From an uncultured archaeon (GTDB taxonomy: Archaea > Aenigmatarchaeota > Aenigmatarchaeia > Aenigmatarchaeales > Aenigmatarchaeaceae), in NCBI GenBank assembly GCA_964608725.1, contig CAZSPB010000001.1, positions 171,696 to 235,695 of the forward strand: 64,000 nucleotides of DNA, in the 5' to 3' direction. The notes under the pieces were generated by a model, which worked only from the letters and a program-made list of their open reading frames with translations, was not told the origin of the DNA and did not search any database. Of the stretch, positions 10,153 through 20,350 are shown piece after piece. Position 1 is the stretch's first letter. Each line of letters opens with the position of its first letter. The position numbers and the translations under genes are program-made.

Positions 10153-10557
10153 ATGCGTGCTCAGACTGCTTTCGAGTACTTGATGATATTTTCTATAATT
10201 TTAGCTATTGTTGGAATATTAACTCTTTACGCAGGAGAAATGACAAAAAGAAATGAAGATGATATTAGGGTTGCAAATGTTATGACAGTAGTTAATAAAA
10301 TTGTAGAGGCAGCTAATATAGTTTATACTCAAGGTAAACCATCTCAAATTACTTTAAACCTTTATATACCAGAAGGTGTAGAGTCAATAGAAATAAGTGA
10401 TAAAAAAATTTTGATAAAAGTTAGAGTGAGTAATGGCTTAACTGATGTTTTTGCATTTTCAAAAGCTTCTTTACAAGGTAGTATTTCTTTAACACCAGGA
10501 ACTAAAAAAATAAAGGTGATAGCAGAGGAAAATTATGTTAACATTACGGAAAGCTGA
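10153..10557 (+). CDS. Type IV pilin-like protein (class III signal peptide)
   Basis: MRA|QTAFEYLMIFSIILAIVG. Confidence 0.85.
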   Translation: MRAQTAFEYLMIFSIILAIVGILTLYAGEMTKRNEDDIRVANVMTVVNKIVEAANIVYTQGKPSQITLNLYIPEGVESIEISDKKILIKVRVSNGLTDVFAFSKASLQGSISLTPGTKKIKVIAEENYVNITES

Positions 10558-10939
10558 AGTTTCAATAGAATTTCTATTTTTGGTAGGAATTATTCTTTTC
10601 ATTTTTGTTATTGTTGATGTTCTTGTTGGTTTAAGAATAAAAGAAATAAATGAATCTTCCATTTCTTTAGAAGCTCAAAAAATTGTAAGAAGTGTTGCTA
10701 ATGAAATTAATATAGCAACAAGGATTAAAGGTTATTACAGAGAGTTCGAATTGCCTAAAAATCTTCCTAACGGTGAAAACTACTCTATTTCTATAAATAA
10801 AGATTTTAGGTTAGTAGAAATAAAATGGGATAATAAAATTTCTGTTTCAAAAATTCTCACCGAGAATATAACAGGAATTGTAAAGCCTGGTGTAAACAGG
10901 ATTAGAAATGAGGAGGGGTTGATAATAATTGAAAGCTGA
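10535..10939 (+). CDS. Type IV pilin-like protein
   Basis: RKA|EVSIEFLFLVGIIL; overlaps upstream pilin. Confidence 0.8.
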   Translation: MLTLRKAEVSIEFLFLVGIILFIFVIVDVLVGLRIKEINESSISLEAQKIVRSVANEINIATRIKGYYREFELPKNLPNGENYSISINKDFRLVEIKWDNKISVSKILTENITGIVKPGVNRIRNEEGLIIIES

Positions 10940-11435
10940 AATATTTTCCTGGGATTTTGTAACTGGAATAATAATATTTTCTTCTGTAGTGATAATGCTT
11001 GGTGTATATTACAACAACATTTATAATGATATTTACGAATCTGAAATGAGAAAAGATTTACAAATGAAAACGATAAGTGTTGCTGATCTTTTAGCAACTA
11101 GTAGTGGTGAACCAGAATTTTGGAATTCTACTAATGTGAAAGTTATAGGACTTTATGATTCAGGAGTGTTTAACTTAACAAAGTTTGATGAATTAAAGAA
11201 AATGGATTATAAGGATGTTAAAAATATATTAGGAATAGGTGGTTATGAAATTTACATAGAAATACAAAATGAGACAGGAAATGTTATAAAAGTAGGGGAT
11301 TCAACTTATTCTTTTGGCATGCCTTTGAATAATGTGAGGAATGCATTTTCAGTTAAGAGATTGGGATTAATTAAAATTAATGATAATTTTCAAAAATCAA
11401 TATTGCAGGTTGTATTATGGTCAAGAGAGGTATAG
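10929..11435 (+). CDS. Minor pilin-like protein
   Basis: MKA|EIFSWDFVTGIII; SSGEPEFW motif. Confidence 0.78.
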   Translation: MKAEIFSWDFVTGIIIFSSVVIMLGVYYNNIYNDIYESEMRKDLQMKTISVADLLATSSGEPEFWNSTNVKVIGLYDSGVFNLTKFDELKKMDYKDVKNILGIGGYEIYIEIQNETGNVIKVGDSTYSFGMPLNNVRNAFSVKRLGLIKINDNFQKSILQVVLWSREV

Positions 11436-13285
11436 TATTTACTCTTGAGTCTATCATTGCTTTAGGAATAGCTGCAGCACTTATTTCATCTATAGCTTTT
11501 TTTAGAGTAGAAATTACTTCGCCATACTTATCTGCTCAGCAATTGCATTCTTTATCCGAAGATATACTAACAATACTTTCTGAATCCCAATTGAGTGATA
11601 TAGTTTCAGAAGACTTGATTAATGATTATTTAGCAAGCGGTATATTAGATAATGAAGATTTGAATAAAAAAACAATTGATGTTATAGGTGCATTATGGTC
11701 TGGTGGAAAAAAGGATGAAGCAGGAAATATAACAAAAGATATTCTTGAAAATTTCTTACCAGAAAATATTGGTTACGAACTTTTAATAAACGGTGATAGC
11801 ATTTACAATTCTTCAGACACAACAAGGCCAAAATATGAAGACGCAAGTGTTGAAATATCATCTGCAAGGATAGCTTCTGGTTATGAAAAATATAGGCCAA
11901 CTGAGGGATATGTAGCAAGGGCTATAGCGAAAACTATAAAGAAGAATAACACTTTAGTTGTGATGGGTGATGTTATTTCTAGTAGTGTAAGGAGGCCATG
12001 GGGAGGAAACAATGGTAATCAAGTTAACATAAGTTATGTGATAAATTTGCCTAATGATGCTCAAATAATAGATGCATACTGGTTCATAGAAGCAGCTTGG
12101 GTAGATAACAAATTCAAAGCATACTTAAATGGCGTTTACATACCTGGTAGTGATGCAACAGGTAACAAGCTTCTAACAGATCTAGAAGGTTATTTGCATC
12201 CAGGCCTTAACATAGGGAATGTTGTTTATAGGTATGGTGCTGGAGGGAGAACTGGTGGTGATGATGGAGCAACTCATATTGTTGTAGTTTATAATACTTC
12301 AACAAAATCAACTTTGGAAGAATTTGATAAGTTTTATTTTCAGACTGTGATTTCTAATTGTTCAATTGAATATAAAAAACCAATATTCGTTATTGGTGAT
12401 GTTTACAACTTAAGTGTCCGTCTTAACCTTACCCCTCAAACACAAGTAAGCACAGTAACATTAAAATTTATGTGGAAAGGTGAAATTTTTACTATAAGTA
12501 CAAAAAATGTTGTTAATGGTATTGTAGAGTGGAATGATAATGAAATAAGGAATGCTTTGAATTCTAATGGTATAAGCTATGATGAATTAGGAGGTAGATT
12601 TTTTTGGTTCATAGTAGATGTTGATACTTATCATGAGTTAGAGTTTATTGGTTATGAGAGAAGAATAGTTGGTAACGATTCTTATGTGAGTGTGAATTAT
12701 TCTAGAAGAAGTGAAATCTATAATTTCATTGACCTAACAAGAACTCTTACTAATTATTCTTATGCTATTCCTGATTTATGGGGCTTTTATAGGTATGTAA
12801 GGTGGGACTTTAATCTTACTAATAAAATACCTTTAATGGCAAAATGGCAATATGCATGGCTTTATTATGATGGTTCAAATCCTAGACAACTTGCTAAGGC
12901 TAACGATATAATTCTTTATAATCACGATCCTACAAATTCTTCTAGTGATCCTTTAATAATTGAATTTGCAAGATTTGGTTACGATACTAATCCAGAAGGT
13001 GTTTTATTGAGTGATGAAAACAAATTTGAATTGAATTTTTCATGGGGCTACGCTGTTAATCCTGATAATTCCCTAGGAGAAGCAACTTTCTTAATACCAG
13101 CTTCTGTAGGTTATGGTGATTTATTTGAGAATGAAAGCGATGCAATAAATGATGCTATTCAAAGGTTAACAAGTTTGTTAGGAGAAGATATTTCAGCAGT
13201 CGATATAACCGTAGAATCTTTAAGTGTAGCTGGTGTTCCTTATATGTGGGGGCCAGTAGAAGTTAGGTTAAGGGTGTGGATATGA
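11417..13285 (+). CDS. Large pilin-like putative tip adhesin
   Basis: KRG|IVFTLESIIAL class III-like N-terminus; 622 aa, beta-rich, many NxS/T sequons. Confidence 0.72.
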   Translation: MVKRGIVFTLESIIALGIAAALISSIAFFRVEITSPYLSAQQLHSLSEDILTILSESQLSDIVSEDLINDYLASGILDNEDLNKKTIDVIGALWSGGKKDEAGNITKDILENFLPENIGYELLINGDSIYNSSDTTRPKYEDASVEISSARIASGYEKYRPTEGYVARAIAKTIKKNNTLVVMGDVISSSVRRPWGGNNGNQVNISYVINLPNDAQIIDAYWFIEAAWVDNKFKAYLNGVYIPGSDATGNKLLTDLEGYLHPGLNIGNVVYRYGAGGRTGGDDGATHIVVVYNTSTKSTLEEFDKFYFQTVISNCSIEYKKPIFVIGDVYNLSVRLNLTPQTQVSTVTLKFMWKGEIFTISTKNVVNGIVEWNDNEIRNALNSNGISYDELGGRFFWFIVDVDTYHELEFIGYERRIVGNDSYVSVNYSRRSEIYNFIDLTRTLTNYSYAIPDLWGFYRYVRWDFNLTNKIPLMAKWQYAWLYYDGSNPRQLAKANDIILYNHDPTNSSSDPLIIEFARFGYDTNPEGVLLSDENKFELNFSWGYAVNPDNSLGEATFLIPASVGYGDLFENESDAINDAIQRLTSLLGEDISAVDITVESLSVAGVPYMWGPVEVRLRVWI

Positions 13286-14496
13286 AAGGTATACTTTACA
13301 GTATAATGACAATTCTTTTAGCTTTACCCTTAATAAGCTTAATTCTTTTTTATAGTGTACCAAAGAGTGAAAATATAGATATAAACATAAGAGCGAATGA
13401 GCTAAAATATTTTGTTGATAGCATAGAAAATGATTTAAGAAGGTTTTTAGAAATAAGTGGCAAGAGAACATTAATCTCTGCTGTCTCTTATGTTATAATG
13501 AATGGTACAGGTTTGGATGATGCTCAGCTAAGGCTAAGTGAGATGATAGAGAATGGAACTCTATATGGAGAAGGAGCTGCTTTAGTAGACAAAAGTAACA
13601 TAAACATCTGGAAACAAAATATTACAAGTGCATCAGAAAAATCTGGTTTTGAAATAGAGTTTAAAGATATTGAAATTAATATAACTCAAAATAGCAGCTT
13701 TGATGTTCTTTTTGAAGTCAGAATTTTTGTGAATATAACTGATGAAAAAGCAAAGATGGGTGTTTTAAGAAATGTTAGTGCTGTAGTTAGCGTTCCAATA
13801 GAAGGTTTAGAAGATCCTCTCTTTCCTTTAAAAACTTATGGTAGGGTGACAAGAATAATAAGAGCTTCAAATTTTTCGAAACAAACAAACTTTTTAGTTC
13901 AAGGTACTAACTCTACTGGTTCTGTAAGTGGTTACGCGTTTGTTAAATTATCTTCTCAAGTTCAACCAGAAGATGCAAATTCCAGTAGGATATTAGTTAC
14001 TGATACTATAACGGGAATAGAATCTATAGCTTCCTCTTTTGGCGGTGTTGTTTCAGAGTCAGACACTATAATTCCTGGAGGATTCACAGGAGTTGCTATT
14101 ACAGGAGCAACAAATGCCATGGAAATAATAAAAAATGAAACAAAAATTTACTTGGATGGTGAAACGAAGAAAGTTTGGGATCTTAATAATCTTACTCAAG
14201 ATATAAAAAATGGATATTATCATTCTTCAAATTATGGAGCAAGTTTTTTGGATAGATTAGAAGGTAACTTTTCACTTTCTGCTAAGTATAAATATGGGTT
14301 GGAGACATTTGTTAATTTAGAAGATTTAGCTGCAGCTGATATAACTACTAAACCATCAACGAGCTGTTTAGATTATGAATATTGGAACGATACTTATGGC
14401 TATAGCATAAGGAATGGAAATTATGATCCTGTATTCAATTGGTTTAAAATATCTCAGAATAGTGCAATTATTTATGGGATTGAAGATTTAATTTGA
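13276..14496 (+). CDS. Large pilin-like protein
   Basis: MKG|ILYSIMTILL; IEGLEDPL and SFLDRLEG motifs typical of archaeal pilus-locus proteins. Confidence 0.75.
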   Translation: MDMKGILYSIMTILLALPLISLILFYSVPKSENIDINIRANELKYFVDSIENDLRRFLEISGKRTLISAVSYVIMNGTGLDDAQLRLSEMIENGTLYGEGAALVDKSNINIWKQNITSASEKSGFEIEFKDIEINITQNSSFDVLFEVRIFVNITDEKAKMGVLRNVSAVVSVPIEGLEDPLFPLKTYGRVTRIIRASNFSKQTNFLVQGTNSTGSVSGYAFVKLSSQVQPEDANSSRILVTDTITGIESIASSFGGVVSESDTIIPGGFTGVAITGATNAMEIIKNETKIYLDGETKKVWDLNNLTQDIKNGYYHSSNYGASFLDRLEGNFSLSAKYKYGLETFVNLEDLAAADITTKPSTSCLDYEYWNDTYGYSIRNGNYDPVFNWFKISQNSAIIYGIEDLI

Positions 14497-14508
14497 ATAG
14501 GGAGTAAG

Positions 14509-15303
14509 ATGGAAGAATTTAAAAAATTGTTGATAGAAACTCCTGTAGATGAGCTAATAAAACTTGTTTCTAAAAAGAAAAAAGTAAGTTTAAGGGAAGC
14601 AGCAAATTTCTTAAATGTTAGTGAAGCTCAAGTGGAAGAGTGGGTTAGGATTTTAGAAGATCGTGGTTTTGTTGAGTTAAAATATCCTGCTATAGGCGAA
14701 CCAGAAATTGTGTTTAAAGAGATTCCAAAAGAAGTTGCATTAGAAAAGAAAAAAGAGTTAGAAGAAAGGAAAGAAAAGATAGAAGAAAAAGCTAAAGAGT
14801 TTGAAGAGATAGTTTCAAAAACTGAAAAAGAAATAAAAATAACTGATAAAAGATTTGCAAAGTTGGAGAAAGAATTAAAGAAAAGAATGGAGAAACTGAA
14901 AAGGGATTTGAAAAACTTGGAATTGTTAAAGGTTAAAAAAGAGAAAGCTTTGAAAGAAGCAAAGGAAGTGAAAGAAGTTGCAGAAAAAGTCAGTAAAGAT
15001 TTTGATAGGATAGAAAATGAAGTTAAGAATATGGAAAAAATAATAGAAGAACAATTAGAAAAAATCCATTCTCATGAAAATGAAATTAAAAATTTAGAAG
15101 AAATGAGAAGGATGATAGAAAATGAAATAAAACTATTGGAAAAAGAAATGAAAATATTAAAACTCTTTGTGAAGAAACCCATTTTCAAGTTTAACCTTAG
15201 AAAAATATTTTCTTTTGGAAAAGAAAAATTAGAAAAAACTAAAACAGAGAAAAACAATTTGCACAAAAAGTTGATAGAACTAAAAGAAAAAATAAAGACT
15301 TAG
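14509..15303 (+). CDS. wHTH plus coiled-coil protein of the pilus locus
   Basis: ETPVDELIKLV...VEEWVRILEDRGFVELKYP followed by a long E/K coiled coil. Confidence 0.7.
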   Translation: MEEFKKLLIETPVDELIKLVSKKKKVSLREAANFLNVSEAQVEEWVRILEDRGFVELKYPAIGEPEIVFKEIPKEVALEKKKELEERKEKIEEKAKEFEEIVSKTEKEIKITDKRFAKLEKELKKRMEKLKRDLKNLELLKVKKEKALKEAKEVKEVAEKVSKDFDRIENEVKNMEKIIEEQLEKIHSHENEIKNLEEMRRMIENEIKLLEKEMKILKLFVKKPIFKFNLRKIFSFGKEKLEKTKTEKNNLHKKLIELKEKIKT

Positions 15304-15310
15304 GGATATT

Positions 15311-16852
15311 ATGGAAGTTCTATCAAGTTACACTATAATTGCTGATAATGTTCCTGGTAATGTAACGATAGTTAAAAGGCCAGAAGAATTCACACCAGTG
15401 TATGAAATAAAGTTTCCAAAAATAGAACCTGCAACTCAAGCAATTTTGGATTCTATTAAGGAAAGGTTAGTTGAAATAGTTAAGATAGAAATATCTGAAA
15501 TTTTAGATCCAAAAGCTATGGAAGAGATAAAGAAAAAATTCTTGTTAAGTGCTAATGAAGAATTAACTAAAGAATTACCTCAAATTAATGAAAAAGAAAA
15601 GAATATTTTATCAGGTTATTTAGTTCATGAAATGTTAGGCTTGGGAAGGTTAGAGATATTATTGAATGATGATAATTTAGAAGAAATAGTTATTAACAAT
15701 TCTACAGAGCCGGTATGGGTGTTTCATAAAAAATTTGGCTGGTTAAAAACTAACATCATAATACCTTCTGAAGAACAAATTTATAATTATGCCAGCTTAA
15801 TAGGAAGAAAAGTAGGAAGACAAATAACAAATTTAAATCCCCTTATGGATGCTCACTTAATAACGGGAGATAGAGTAAACGCAACTTTGTTCCCAATATC
15901 AACAAAAGGTAATACTATAACTATAAGAAAATTTAGGAGAGAACCATGGACAATAATTCATTTCATTGATCCTCAACTGAAAACTATTTCTAAAGAAGTT
16001 GCTGCATTATTATGGCTATGTATCCAATATGAGCTTAACATCTTAATTGCAGGAGGAACTGCTTCTGGTAAGACTTCTTTGTTGAATGCTTTAATGCCTT
16101 TCATACCTCCCAATCATAGAGTTATATCAATAGAAGATACAAGAGAACTTAGGCTTCCTGATTTTCTTCACTGGATACCGTTAACAACAAGAGAACCTAA
16201 TCCTGAAGGTAAAGGCGAAGTTTCTATGCTTGATTTGCTTGTCAATTCTTTAAGAATGAGACCAGATAGAGTTATAGTAGGAGAGATAAGAAGGCAAAAA
16301 GAAGCAGAAGTTTTGTTCGAAGCTATGCATACTGGCCACAGTGTTTATGCAACACTCCATGCAGATAGAGCAGAACAAGTCATAAGAAGGTTAATAAACC
16401 CTCCTATAGACCTTCCTGAAAGTCTCTTAGAAGCTTTACATTTAGTTGTAGTTCAATATAGACATAGAAGATTAGGTATAAGAAGAACTTTGGAAGTTGC
16501 TGAATTAATACCAGGAGAAACAGGAAGAATACCACCAAGACTAGAAATTCTTTATAGGTGGAAACCTAGGACAGATACTATAGAAAAAGTAAAGAATAGT
16601 ATAAGGCTAATTAATGAGATAAGATTGCACACAGGAATGAGTGATGAAGAAATGGAAAACGATTTGAAAGAAAAAGAGATGATACTACAATGGATGCTAG
16701 ATAATAATATTAAAACTGTTAACACAGTTGGAAAAGTTGTTGCTGAATATTATCATAACAAAGAGAATGTTTTGAAATTAGTAAAAGGTAAAAAAAGTCC
16801 AGAAAAACTTCTTGGAAAAGAGTTGATGAAAGAAATAGAAAAAGTTGTTTAA
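15311..16852 (+). CDS. Type II/IV secretion (pilus assembly) ATPase, TadA/VirB11 family
   Basis: Walker A GGTASGKT, SIEDTRE, LRMRPDRVIVGEIR, HTGH..TLHA. Confidence 0.95.
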   Translation: MEVLSSYTIIADNVPGNVTIVKRPEEFTPVYEIKFPKIEPATQAILDSIKERLVEIVKIEISEILDPKAMEEIKKKFLLSANEELTKELPQINEKEKNILSGYLVHEMLGLGRLEILLNDDNLEEIVINNSTEPVWVFHKKFGWLKTNIIIPSEEQIYNYASLIGRKVGRQITNLNPLMDAHLITGDRVNATLFPISTKGNTITIRKFRREPWTIIHFIDPQLKTISKEVAALLWLCIQYELNILIAGGTASGKTSLLNALMPFIPPNHRVISIEDTRELRLPDFLHWIPLTTREPNPEGKGEVSMLDLLVNSLRMRPDRVIVGEIRRQKEAEVLFEAMHTGHSVYATLHADRAEQVIRRLINPPIDLPESLLEALHLVVVQYRHRRLGIRRTLEVAELIPGETGRIPPRLEILYRWKPRTDTIEKVKNSIRLINEIRLHTGMSDEEMENDLKEKEMILQWMLDNNIKTVNTVGKVVAEYYHNKENVLKLVKGKKSPEKLLGKELMKEIEKVV

Positions 16853-17726
16853 TATGATAATTCCTTTTGTTCCATTTCCTTTGAAAAAGTTAAGAAGGAT
16901 AATAAAAATATTTGAAAAAAGTGGGAACGTAATTGCCAAATCAGTACCTTCGCTTAAGCTAGATTTATATCAAGCTGAAATTCACTTATCTCCAACTAGA
17001 TATTCTTCCATAGTTGTTTTCACAGCACTATTCTACTTTTTTCTTTTAACTTTCCTAACTTTTTTCATTGGTTTAGTAGTTGGAAAAGTCGATTTTTTAC
17101 TTCCAATTTCAATTGGAGCTATATTTTCATTTTTTGTTTTTTCCTACCTTCTTAAGTATCCTAAATTTCTTGCTATAAGAAGAATGAAAAGGTTAGAAAG
17201 AGATTTGTTGAATGCATTAGAGCATATACTAATAGAGATAAAATCAGGTGTTCCCCTTTTTAACGCTATGGCTGGTGTAACAGAAGGTTATGGAGAAATA
17301 AGCAAGGAATTTGAAATAATAGTTAAAGAGATAAATGCAGGAGTTTCAGAAATAGAAGCTCTTCAAAGAGCTTCTGTAAGAAACCCTTCTCTTCATTTCA
17401 GGAGAGCAATATGGCAAATCACTAATGCAATGAAAGCAGGAAGTGATGTGGCTTCAGCTTTAGAAGCAATAGTTAGCACTTTAACAAGAGAACAAATAAT
17501 AGCTATTAGAAGGTATGGCCAAGAATTGAGTCCTTACACTTTAATGTACATGTTAGTAGCAGTTATAATGCCGACTTTAGGTATTACATTCTTAATCATT
17601 TTGTCCTCATTTTCTGGAATAAAAATACCTAGTATAATATTTCCTTTAATTCTTATAGGCCTTTCAATATTTCAATACTTTTTCATGGGAATGGTAAAAA
17701 CAAAAAGGCCATCAATGGTGAGTTAG
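16845..17726 (+). CDS. Pilus platform membrane protein (TadB/TadC, T2SS F family)
   Basis: Multi-TM; IKSGVPLFNAM, GEISKEFEIIVKEINAG. Confidence 0.88.
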   Translation: MFNMIIPFVPFPLKKLRRIIKIFEKSGNVIAKSVPSLKLDLYQAEIHLSPTRYSSIVVFTALFYFFLLTFLTFFIGLVVGKVDFLLPISIGAIFSFFVFSYLLKYPKFLAIRRMKRLERDLLNALEHILIEIKSGVPLFNAMAGVTEGYGEISKEFEIIVKEINAGVSEIEALQRASVRNPSLHFRRAIWQITNAMKAGSDVASALEAIVSTLTREQIIAIRRYGQELSPYTLMYMLVAVIMPTLGITFLIILSSFSGIKIPSIIFPLILIGLSIFQYFFMGMVKTKRPSMVS

Positions 17727-18757
17727 TGAAAGATATAATTAAAAAAATAAAGAAGTTGAGATTAAAAGAAAAGTTGTTATACTTCACTCCAAAAAAGTAC
17801 AGAGACATCATTAAAAGAGAGATGAGGTATGCAGGCCTTAAAGAAGGTTTTGCTAACAGATTCATTGCCTTCTCATTTCTCTTTTCTTTAGGTTTAGCTT
17901 GTGTTATAATGTTTGATTTATGGATGTTTGGTTTGGGTAATGTAGGGACTATGATAGGTATTGTGATTGGTGCTTTGAGTTTTGTTATATTACAAATTTC
18001 AATAATTCTCATAGCTGATTCTAGAGCTTCTGAAGTGGAAAAAGTTTTACCAGATGCATTACAATTAATGGCAGCTAACATTAGAGCAGGAATGACTATT
18101 GACAGAGCTATTTGGCTTTCAGCAAGGCCTGAATTTGGTATTCTGGAAGAAGAGATAAGAAGAGTTGGTGCTAAGACGATAGGAGGTAAACCTTTGAAAG
18201 TTGCTTTAAAAGAAATGACAAAAGGGATTAAGTCTGAGATATTAGATAAAACGGTTAAGTTGATTATAGAAGGTATAGAAGCTGGTGGTGAACTTGCTCA
18301 CTTACTTGAAGAGACAGCAAACAATATTAGAGTAACTCAATCTTTAAAAAAAGAAATAAAGTCATCTGTCACAACTTATTCTCTTTTTATACTTTTTGCT
18401 GCTGTTTTAGGTGCACCTGTACTATTTTCGATAAGCCTTTTCTTTGTTGAAACTATGACAAAACTTTGGTCACCAGAGGTTTTGGGTAACGTTGAAGTAA
18501 CTGGAGCAGGATTTGGGGGAGGATTTTTTGCAAAAGCAACAGGCCCTCAAATAACACCATCTCAACTTTTTTGGTTTGCCATCTCAACTTTAATGGTTAC
18601 AACATTTTTCGCATCATTAATAATCGGTCTCATACAAACAGGAAAAGAAAAAAATGGAATAAAATTTATCGCACCTTTAATGTTAGGAGCAATAGCAGTA
18701 TTCTTATTAGCTCGTTATGTAGTTGGCTATTTCTTTGGTAGCCTTTTCATAATATAG
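17726..18757 (+). CDS. Pilus platform membrane protein (TadC, T2SS F family)
   Basis: LPDALQLMAANIRAGMT..ARPEFG; multi-TM. Confidence 0.88.
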   Translation: MKDIIKKIKKLRLKEKLLYFTPKKYRDIIKREMRYAGLKEGFANRFIAFSFLFSLGLACVIMFDLWMFGLGNVGTMIGIVIGALSFVILQISIILIADSRASEVEKVLPDALQLMAANIRAGMTIDRAIWLSARPEFGILEEEIRRVGAKTIGGKPLKVALKEMTKGIKSEILDKTVKLIIEGIEAGGELAHLLEETANNIRVTQSLKKEIKSSVTTYSLFILFAAVLGAPVLFSISLFFVETMTKLWSPEVLGNVEVTGAGFGGGFFAKATGPQITPSQLFWFAISTLMVTTFFASLIIGLIQTGKEKNGIKFIAPLMLGAIAVFLLARYVVGYFFGSLFII

Positions 18758-18810
18758 AAAGCTTTAAGTATAGATTTTCACAATAAAATGAGTAGAATGG
18801 AGGTGTATGA

Positions 18811-19263
18811 ATGAAGGGTCAAACAGCAATTGAATACTTGATGACTTATGGATGGGCTATATTAATAATTTTGATCGTTGCTGGAGTTTTAGCGTACTAT
18901 GGTATCTTTGCACCAGCGGGTTTCTTAACACCAACGGCAAGAGGATTTGGAACTGTACAAGTTCTATCACCATGGACAGTCTCTACTACAGGAGGTATAA
19001 CTCTTAGAGTTGAGAACAGGGTTGGTGAACAAATCAATATAACAAAAATTTATGCAACAAAAGGAGGCTCAAGTGGTTCTTGCACCCTTTCACCAGAAGT
19101 TACAATAGATACTGGTAGCAGTGGGATAGTTAGTTGTACTATTAGTGCAGCTAGTGGTAATGCTGGAGACACCTACACTATAACGTTATCAATTGAATAT
19201 GAATTAACAAGTACTCCAGGAACTTATTTCAATAGCACTGGAACAATAACAGGCACTTACTAA
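18811..19263 (+). CDS. Probable major type IV pilin
   Basis: MKG|QTAIEYLMTYGWAILIILIV; strong SD GGAGGTG and its own upstream TATA-like box; T/S/G-rich. Confidence 0.88.
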   Translation: MKGQTAIEYLMTYGWAILIILIVAGVLAYYGIFAPAGFLTPTARGFGTVQVLSPWTVSTTGGITLRVENRVGEQINITKIYATKGGSSGSCTLSPEVTIDTGSSGIVSCTISAASGNAGDTYTITLSIEYELTSTPGTYFNSTGTITGTY

Positions 19264-19264
19264 G

Positions 19265-19570
19265 TTATCTTTCATCTTTCTTATACTTTTTTCTATTTTT
19301 CTTTCTATTTCTTTTCTTTAAAGTTACTTTTTTCCATTTTTTCAAAGCAATTATCCAGCTTCTATAAAGATTTTCATATATAGACTTTTTCCAATTTTTC
19401 TCCTTATACTTCACTTCTTCTATCTCTTTTCCTTCATTATAACTTTCTTTAAAACGCTCTAAAGCATAAGGATCTCTAAAACTGTCAGCTTTTATATCAA
19501 TTTCTTCTAACTTACTTCCCTCTTTTCCAACAATTATTTTTGACTTAACGCTTACTTCATATTCTGTCAT
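19265..19570 (-). CDS. Small hypothetical protein (last member of array)
   Basis: Start overlaps upstream stop (ATGA); MTEY start shared with neighbour. Confidence 0.7.
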   Translation of the reverse strand: MTEYEVSVKSKIIVGKEGSKLEEIDIKADSFRDPYALERFKESYNEGKEIEEVKYKEKNWKKSIYENLYRSWIIALKKWKKVTLKKRNRKKNRKKYKKDER

Positions 19571-19758
19571 TCTAATAACCTATATACCCTTTCATTATTT
19601 CTATCAACACCCCAAACCAAATCTTTTGAAATTATTCTCAAACTTGTTAAATCATTAGAAGATGCCCTTCCATTCCCTTCTATAACAGCTGCATTCACTT
19701 TTCCTCTATAACTTACACCACACGAAAATATGTTAACTTTAGCATAATATTCTGTCAT
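19567..19758 (-). CDS. Small hypothetical protein (paralog array)
   Basis: YYAKV...EGNGRASSNDL...LVWGVD; ATGA coupling. Confidence 0.75.
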   Translation of the reverse strand: MTEYYAKVNIFSCGVSYRGKVNAAVIEGNGRASSNDLTSLRIISKDLVWGVDRNNERVYRLLE

Positions 19759-19952
19759 TTTCTCCCTTTTGTTCTCATATGTAATTCAAATGCTATTTGA
19801 TTTGCATGATCAACAGACTCAACTAGACCTTCTGCTAACCCCCTTGCAATGTAAAGGTCATTTGAACTAACTCTACCTTCACCTTCTACGCTAGCATACT
19901 TTTCATTAGAAGTAACGGTGCTCTTATTATAAACTTTTCCATAATAGCTCAT
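19755..19952 (-). CDS. Small hypothetical protein (paralog array)
   Basis: YYGKV...EGEGRVSSNDL...LVESVD; ATGA coupling. Confidence 0.75.
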   Translation of the reverse strand: MSYYGKVYNKSTVTSNEKYASVEGEGRVSSNDLYIARGLAEGLVESVDHANQIAFELHMRTKGRK

Positions 19953-20110
19953 GGCATCACCGAACTTTTAACTTCTTTACCAGCTGCTTCAACCCATTTT
20001 CTGTTATTTCCAACAACTTTTAACTTTCTTTCAAAAGTTGTGTACTTTTCATTTCCATAGGCCCTTTTTTCAAATTCACTCTTTACATAATAAGGAGATC
20101 TTTTGTTCAT
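19949..20110 (-). CDS. Small hypothetical protein (paralog array)
   Basis: Start reassigned to ATG 20110 behind SD-like GAGTGAG; YYVK..NEKY similarity to neighbour. Confidence 0.65.
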   Translation of the reverse strand: MNKRSPYYVKSEFEKRAYGNEKYTTFERKLKVVGNNRKWVEAAGKEVKSSVMP

Positions 20111-20114
20111 TTTC

Positions 20115-20339
20115 TCACTCAGGAAGAAAGTAAGTTTCTCCATACTTTTCTTTAAACTTTTTATCAAAATCTCTACGAAGTTCGTAGAGGTCGTTACCTT
20201 CTACTTCTTCTATTCCAAAAGCACTCATGGCACCTAACAATGATCTATCGTCATGAATTAGACCATGTCTGACATAACCTTCAGGGGTATCAGTCTCAAT
20301 AATAGTTTTACCTTCTTTTCTTCTTACTCTTACGGTCAT
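20115..20339 (-). CDS. Small hypothetical protein
   Basis: SD GGGGTGA upstream; contains EGNDLY resembling the SSNDLY of neighbours. Confidence 0.7.
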   Translation of the reverse strand: MTVRVRRKEGKTIIETDTPEGYVRHGLIHDDRSLLGAMSAFGIEEVEGNDLYELRRDFDKKFKEKYGETYFLPE

Positions 20340-20350
20340 TTTTTCACCCC

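Noticed and set aside
14750..15300. Purine-rich low-complexity stretch resembling a repeat
   Set aside because: Explained by E/K-rich coiled-coil codons; no exact tandem unit.
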